DNA of 60,940 bases, filler included. It is 3 parts of 3 records of this genome, joined end to end, with 100 filler letters (N's around TTAATTAATTAA, not from the genome) between each part and the next. Parts side by side here need not be neighbours in the genome. Positions count along the whole stretch, not along the records: positions 55,050 to 60,940 come from DRR378314_2098; 2 more parts are not named here. One strand, given 5' to 3'. The notes beneath the pieces were generated by a model. It was not told the origin of the DNA. It did no database searches and worked only from the letters and a program-made list of their open reading frames with translations. Shown piece after piece: positions 56,235 through 60,940 of this stretch. Every line of letters starts with the position of its first letter. Position 1 is the stretch's first letter. Made by a program: the position numbers and the translations under genes.

Positions 56235-59200
56235 GTGCGCTTTTCCAAACTCAGATTGACCGGCTTCAAAAGCTTCGTTGACCCGACCGACCTGATCATC
56301 GCCGATGGTCTGACAGGGGTGGTGGGCCCAAACGGCTGTGGCAAGTCCAATCTGCTAGAGGGGCTGCGCTGGGTCATGGGGGAAAACCGGCCCAAGGCGA
56401 TGCGGGGCGGCGGCATGGAGGATGTAATCTTTGCCGGTGCCGCAACCCGCCCGGCCCGCAACTTTGCCGAAGTTGCCCTGCATATCGACAATTCCGAACG
56501 TCTGGCTCCCGCTGGATTCAACGACAGTGACAACCTTGAGATCGTGCGCCGCATCACCCGCGATGTGGGCAGCGCCTATAAGGCGGCGGGCAAGGATGTG
56601 CGCGCCCGTGATGTGCAGATGCTGTTTGCGGATGCCTCGACCGGGGCACATTCGCCCGCACTGGTGCGTCAGGGGCAGATCGCCGAACTGATCAACGCCA
56701 AACCCAAAAACCGCCGCCGTATCTTGGAAGAAGCCGCAGGTATTTCCGGGCTTTACCAACGTCGGCATGAGGCAGAGCTGAAGCTGAACGGTGCCGAGGC
56801 CAATCTGGCACGGGTGGATGATGTGATCGAACAATTGGCCACCCAGCTGGCGCAATTGGCGCGACAAGCCCGTCAGGCGGCACGTTATCGCGAGATCGGT
56901 GATGCGCTGCGCCGCTCTGAAGGCATGCTGTTGTTTCGCCGCTGGCGCGAGGCAGAGGACGCCCGTGCCTTGGCGGAAGCAGAGCTGCGCAATCAGACAA
57001 CGCTCGCAACGCAGGCCCAAGCGGTTGTGCAAACCGCTGCCAAGGCGCGGCAGGTAGCCGAGGATGCGCTGCCTGCCCTGCGCGAGGAAGACGCGATTGC
57101 TGCGGCAGTGATGCAGCGATTGTCGGTCCAGCGCGATACGCTGACCGATCAGGAAACCCGCGCCCAGCAGACGATAGAAACCCTGACTGGTCGGATTGCG
57201 CAATTGACCCGTGATATCGACCGCGAGGCAGGGTTGAACCGCGATGCGGGTGAGACAATTGCGCGTTTGGAATGGGAGGCGGGCGAACTGGCCAAGGCGG
57301 GCGAGGGCCATGCCGAGGCGCTTGAGGCCGCATCGCAGGCAGCGCAGGAAGCGGCGGGCGTTCTGCAAGCCCGCGAGAGCGACCTATCCGAACAAACCGA
57401 AGATGTTGCCCGTCTGGCCGCACGCCACGGGTCGGCACAACGGCTGTTGGAAGACAGCCGTAAAACACAGGCCAAATCCGAAAGCGAAGCGCAAAAGGCA
57501 CAAGAGGCAGCGGCGCAGAGCCAATTGACATTGGATCAGGCCAAGGCGGGTTTCGAAATTGCGCAGGCGGCGGAAGTGGCGGCGGTCGCGGCGGCGGAAC
57601 AGGCGGAAGTGGCTCTGCTCAACGCTGAAGAGGCGCGGGCCGAAACGCAGGCCCGCGAGGCCGATGCCCGTGGGGAACGCTCCGAAGCCGAGGGCGAGAT
57701 GAACGCGTTGCGTGCCGAAGTTGCCGCATTGGCCAAGCTGGTGGAGCGTGACACAGCCGAAGGCGGGCAGATACTGGACCGTTTGCAGGTGGAGCACGGG
57801 TTTGAAAAAGCCTTGGGTGCTGCCTTGGCGGATGATCTGCGCGCACCCGAGGTGGAGGCCGATGGCCCCTCCGGCTGGGCGGTGTTGCCGCGCTACGATC
57901 AGGGACAGTCCTTGCCAGCGGGTGTGACACCCCTGTCACAACATGTGTCGGTGCCTGATGTTCTGGACCGGCGGATGGGGCAGATTGGGTTGGTCGACCC
58001 GGACGAGGGTCCGGGATTGCAGGCCGCCTTGCTGCCTGGACAACGGCTGGTATCGCTTGAAGGGGATCTGTGGCGCTGGGACGGGTTTCGGGCATGGGCC
58101 GAGGATGCGCCATCGGCAGCAGCCTTACGTTTGCAACAGCTGAACCGGCTTGAGGTTCTGAAACAGGCATTAGAACAAGCGAGCCAGCAGGCCGAAGGCG
58201 CACGTGCTGCACATGACAGCCTGACGCGCCGTTTGGCAGAACAGACCGACGCAGACAAACGCGCCCGCGAGGCCCGCCGGAATGCGGATCGGGCGGTGGC
58301 CGATGCCGGCCGTGCGCTTAGCCGTGTCGAGGCAGATCGCAACCTTGCCGAGGGGCGGTTGGAGAGTCTGGGGTTGGCGGTAAAGCGTCACGAGGACGAG
58401 GCGATGGCCGCCCGGGGTCGTGTGCTGGAGGCTGAACGTGCCTTGGCCGAGCTGGGAGATCTGGCAGATGCCCGCGCCGGGATTGAAGACCTGCGCATGA
58501 CGGTTGAGGCCGCGCGGATCACAATGATGTCGCGCCGTTCTGCCCATGATGAATTGCGCCGTGAAGGGGATGCGCGGGTCAAACGGTCACAGGAAGTGAC
58601 CAAAGAGACCAGCGGCTGGCGGCACCGGCTTGAGACCGCGGAGAAGCGCAGTGCGGAATTGGTCGAACGCAAGGAAGCATCCGAAGCGGAGCTGAAGGAA
58701 GCCAGCGCCGCACCGGCGGAAATTGCTGCCAAACGTGATGAGTTAAGCGCCGCGATTCAGACCGCCGAAACCCGCAAAACCGGCGCGGCTGATGCGCTGT
58801 CGGCTGCGGAAACGGCGTTGCGCGAAGCGACCGTTGCAGAACGTGAAGCAGAGCGGGATGCCTCCGAGGCCAGAGAGGCGCGAGCCCGTTCCGACGCCCG
58901 TGCCGAAGCCGCGAAAGAAACTGTCGCCGCCGCCGCTGAGCGGATTTTAGAAGACAGCCAGATGACGCCGGAAGAGCTTCTGACATCTTTGAACGCAACC
59001 CCTGACAAGATGCCCGGTGCCGGCGCATTGGAGGCGGATGTGAACCGGCTCAAACGTCAGCGGGACGCCTTGGGCGCGGTGAACCTGCGCGCGGAGGAAG
59101 ACGCCAAAGAGGTGCAGGAGGAATATGACACGCTGACCGGCGAAAAGGCCGATCTGGAAGAGGCAATCAAAACCCTGCGTTCCGGCATCGCCAGTCTGAA

Positions 59201-59690
59201 CCGCGAGGGACGCGAACGGTTGTTGACGGCTTTTGAGCAGGTGAATTCAAATTTCTCGATGTTGTTCACCCATCTGTTTGGTGGTGGGGATGCCAATCTG
59301 GTGATGGTGGAATCCGACGATCCGCTGGAGGCTGGTCTTGAGATTATGTGCCAGCCACCGGGCAAGAAACTCAGCACATTGAGTCTGCTGTCGGGGGGGG
59401 AACAGACCCTGACTGCGATGGCGCTGATTTTCGCGGTGTTCTTGGCCAACCCCGCGCCGATCTGTGTGCTGGACGAGGTTGACGCGCCTTTGGATGATGC
59501 AAACGTTACCCGCTTCTGTGATCTGCTGGACGAGATGTGCCGCCAGACTGACACGCGGTTTTTGATCATCACGCACCACGCGGTGACCATGGCGCGGATG
59601 GACCGCTTGTTTGGTGTGACGATGGCCGAACAGGGCGTCAGCCAGCTGGTCTCGGTGGATCTGAAAAAGGCGGAAACGCTGGTCGCGTGA
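56235..59690 (+). CDS. smc: Chromosome partition protein Smc
   Basis: GFKSF, GPNGCGKSN, long coiled coils, LGAVNLRA, LSGGE, LDEVDAPLD; GTG start. Confidence 0.97.
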   Translation: MRFSKLRLTGFKSFVDPTDLIIADGLTGVVGPNGCGKSNLLEGLRWVMGENRPKAMRGGGMEDVIFAGAATRPARNFAEVALHIDNSERLAPAGFNDSDNLEIVRRITRDVGSAYKAAGKDVRARDVQMLFADASTGAHSPALVRQGQIAELINAKPKNRRRILEEAAGISGLYQRRHEAELKLNGAEANLARVDDVIEQLATQLAQLARQARQAARYREIGDALRRSEGMLLFRRWREAEDARALAEAELRNQTTLATQAQAVVQTAAKARQVAEDALPALREEDAIAAAVMQRLSVQRDTLTDQETRAQQTIETLTGRIAQLTRDIDREAGLNRDAGETIARLEWEAGELAKAGEGHAEALEAASQAAQEAAGVLQARESDLSEQTEDVARLAARHGSAQRLLEDSRKTQAKSESEAQKAQEAAAQSQLTLDQAKAGFEIAQAAEVAAVAAAEQAEVALLNAEEARAETQAREADARGERSEAEGEMNALRAEVAALAKLVERDTAEGGQILDRLQVEHGFEKALGAALADDLRAPEVEADGPSGWAVLPRYDQGQSLPAGVTPLSQHVSVPDVLDRRMGQIGLVDPDEGPGLQAALLPGQRLVSLEGDLWRWDGFRAWAEDAPSAAALRLQQLNRLEVLKQALEQASQQAEGARAAHDSLTRRLAEQTDADKRAREARRNADRAVADAGRALSRVEADRNLAEGRLESLGLAVKRHEDEAMAARGRVLEAERALAELGDLADARAGIEDLRMTVEAARITMMSRRSAHDELRREGDARVKRSQEVTKETSGWRHRLETAEKRSAELVERKEASEAELKEASAAPAEIAAKRDELSAAIQTAETRKTGAADALSAAETALREATVAEREAERDASEAREARARSDARAEAAKETVAAAAERILEDSQMTPEELLTSLNATPDKMPGAGALEADVNRLKRQRDALGAVNLRAEEDAKEVQEEYDTLTGEKADLEEAIKTLRSGIASLNREGRERLLTAFEQVNSNFSMLFTHLFGGGDANLVMVESDDPLEAGLEIMCQPPGKKLSTLSLLSGGEQTLTAMALIFAVFLANPAPICVLDEVDAPLDDANVTRFCDLLDEMCRQTDTRFLIITHHAVTMARMDRLFGVTMAEQGVSQLVSVDLKKAETLVA

Positions 59691-59694
59691 TCCG

Positions 59695-60090
59695 CTACTT
59701 TGGTGCGACCTTCTCTACCGGCCCGCCGGCTTTTTCCCAGGCCCCGAAACCCTCTTTCAGATGCGCGGCGTCAAACCCCATATCTTGCAGGGTTGCCACG
59801 GAAATTGCCGACCGCCAGCCTGAGGCACAATGAAAGACAAATTTCTTGTCTTGGGCAAACACGTCTTTGAAATAGGGGCTATCGGGATCGACCCAGAATT
59901 CCAGCATCCCGCGCGGACAGTGGAAACTGCCGGGGATAAAGCCGCTGCGCGCGCGTTCACGCGGATCGCGCAGATCAACGATCTGGACGGCGGGATCATT
60001 GACCATTGCGATGCCGTCTGCGGTTTCGATCTCTTCAATGCGCGCCCGTGCGGCGGCGACCATTTCTGCGGCGGATGTTTTCAGGGCCAT
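59695..60090 (-). CDS. Rhodanese-like domain protein
   Basis: VDLRDPRE, GFIPGS, RGMLEF, HCASGWRS, LKEGFGAW. Confidence 0.92.
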   Translation of the reverse strand: MALKTSAAEMVAAARARIEEIETADGIAMVNDPAVQIVDLRDPRERARSGFIPGSFHCPRGMLEFWVDPDSPYFKDVFAQDKKFVFHCASGWRSAISVATLQDMGFDAAHLKEGFGAWEKAGGPVEKVAPK

Positions 60091-60105
60091 GGTATGTCCT
60101 TTGGG

Positions 60106-60940
60106 TTAGAGTTTTGACAGCAACGCAGGGGTGGGCCAACCGTCTACAGCCATGCCAAGGCGCGCCTGTTCGACACGCACGGCAGCACGGGTGGCAGCCC
60201 CCAGAATACCGTCGATGCCGCCCACATCATGCCCGCGGGCTTGCAGGAGGGTTTGAAGGTTTTTCATGTCACCGCCTTCAAGCCCCTGATCGGGGTTGCC
60301 CGCATCAAACACCTGTGCGCCCTGCAGTCGCGTGGCGAAATATGCGGCGGTCATGACGTAGGTGAAACTTTGATTCCAATCGAAATAGACGCGGAAATTG
60401 GGATAGGCGAGGAAGGCCGGCCCCTTGTGCCCCTGTGGCAGCAGGATTGCCGCCTCAAGCCCGGCGTGCAGCGGGCCATTGCGCGGCGTCACGCCAAGTG
60501 CCTGCCAGTCTTCGGTGGATTTAATGGTTTCCAGCCCGGTCAAGGACCAGTCGAATGTCGCAGGCATCGTTACCTCGGCCAACCATGGCTCCCCCGCGCG
60601 CCAGCCAAGATCCTGCAACATCTTGCCCCCCGACATCAGCGCATCAGGAGCAGAGGTTTTTAACGAAACCTTGCCGTCACCATCGCCGTCGACACCGTTT
60701 TCCAGAATATCACGGGGCAGCATCTGCACCATCCCGATCTCTCCGGCCCATGCCCCCGTGGTGCTGCGCGGATCAAACTGGCCCCGCGCGAAAAGCTCAA
60801 TTGCGGCAAAGACCTGCGGGCGAAACAGCTCTGGTCGGCGGCAGTCATGAGCCAAGGTTACCAAAGCGTTGGCGGTGTTAAAGTCACCCTGAAAGCTGCC
60901 ATAGTCGGTTTCAAACGCCCAGAAGGCCAGCAGCACGCCG
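60106..60940 (-). CDS. Lytic murein transglycosylase (MltB-type) with peptidoglycan-binding domain, 5' truncated
   Basis: WAFETDYG, GAWAGEIGMVQMLP, DGDGDG EF-hand, WNQS; C-terminal DGILGAATRAAV...DG. Confidence 0.92.
   Translation of the reverse strand, partial: GVLLAFWAFETDYGSFQGDFNTANALVTLAHDCRRPELFRPQVFAAIELFARGQFDPRSTTGAWAGEIGMVQMLPRDILENGVDGDGDGKVSLKTSAPDALMSGGKMLQDLGWRAGEPWLAEVTMPATFDWSLTGLETIKSTEDWQALGVTPRNGPLHAGLEAAILLPQGHKGPAFLAYPNFRVYFDWNQSFTYVMTAAYFATRLQGAQVFDAGNPDQGLEGGDMKNLQTLLQARGHDVGGIDGILGAATRAAVRVEQARLGMAVDGWPTPALLSKL

Noticed and set aside
56355..59590. Long antisense ORFs within smc
   Set aside because: Shadow ORFs from high-GC codon bias; no recognisable domains.

Overview
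This window is not one genome. It is three unrelated contigs joined by artificial N-TTAATTAATTAA-N linkers (27805-27903 and 54950-55049). (1) 1-27804 is an AT-rich Flavobacteriaceae chromosome segment (Muricauda/Flagellimonas-like; genus is inference). It carries divergent GSII and GSIII genes, purM, a Rieske-thioredoxin-ApbE-DUF4266-DUF3570 flavinylation cluster, prfA, pyrF, a GH65 phosphorylase, purU, icmF, Lrp, a P-II/amt/porin operon, crcB and a MazG-like gene. (2) 27904-54949 is GC- and CpG-rich, intron-dense DNA from an unidentified eukaryote; almost all ORF-track entries there are spurious. By hand I could splice the 3' part of MAK21/NOC1/CEBPZ, a complete 6-exon four-TM MARVEL-like gene, a 15-exon glycerophosphodiester phosphodiesterase and a bHLH factor. 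Other genes (30.2-33.3, 43.8-47.1, 53.4-54.9 kb) remain unresolved. (3) 55050-60940 is a Rhodobacteraceae segment: FadR/GntR regulator, lipoprotein, smc, rhodanese and an MltB-type transglycosylase. Best leads: a two-box ACCCC-N10-GGGGT promoter architecture shared at matching spacing by the GSII and P-II/amt promoters (candidate Flavobacteriaceae nitrogen regulon), the Rieske-extended flavinylation module, a candidate sRNA at 12.35-12.44 kb, and tandem NrdR-like/DnaA boxes and a CtrA box near smc. All calls come from motif recognition; no database searches were run.
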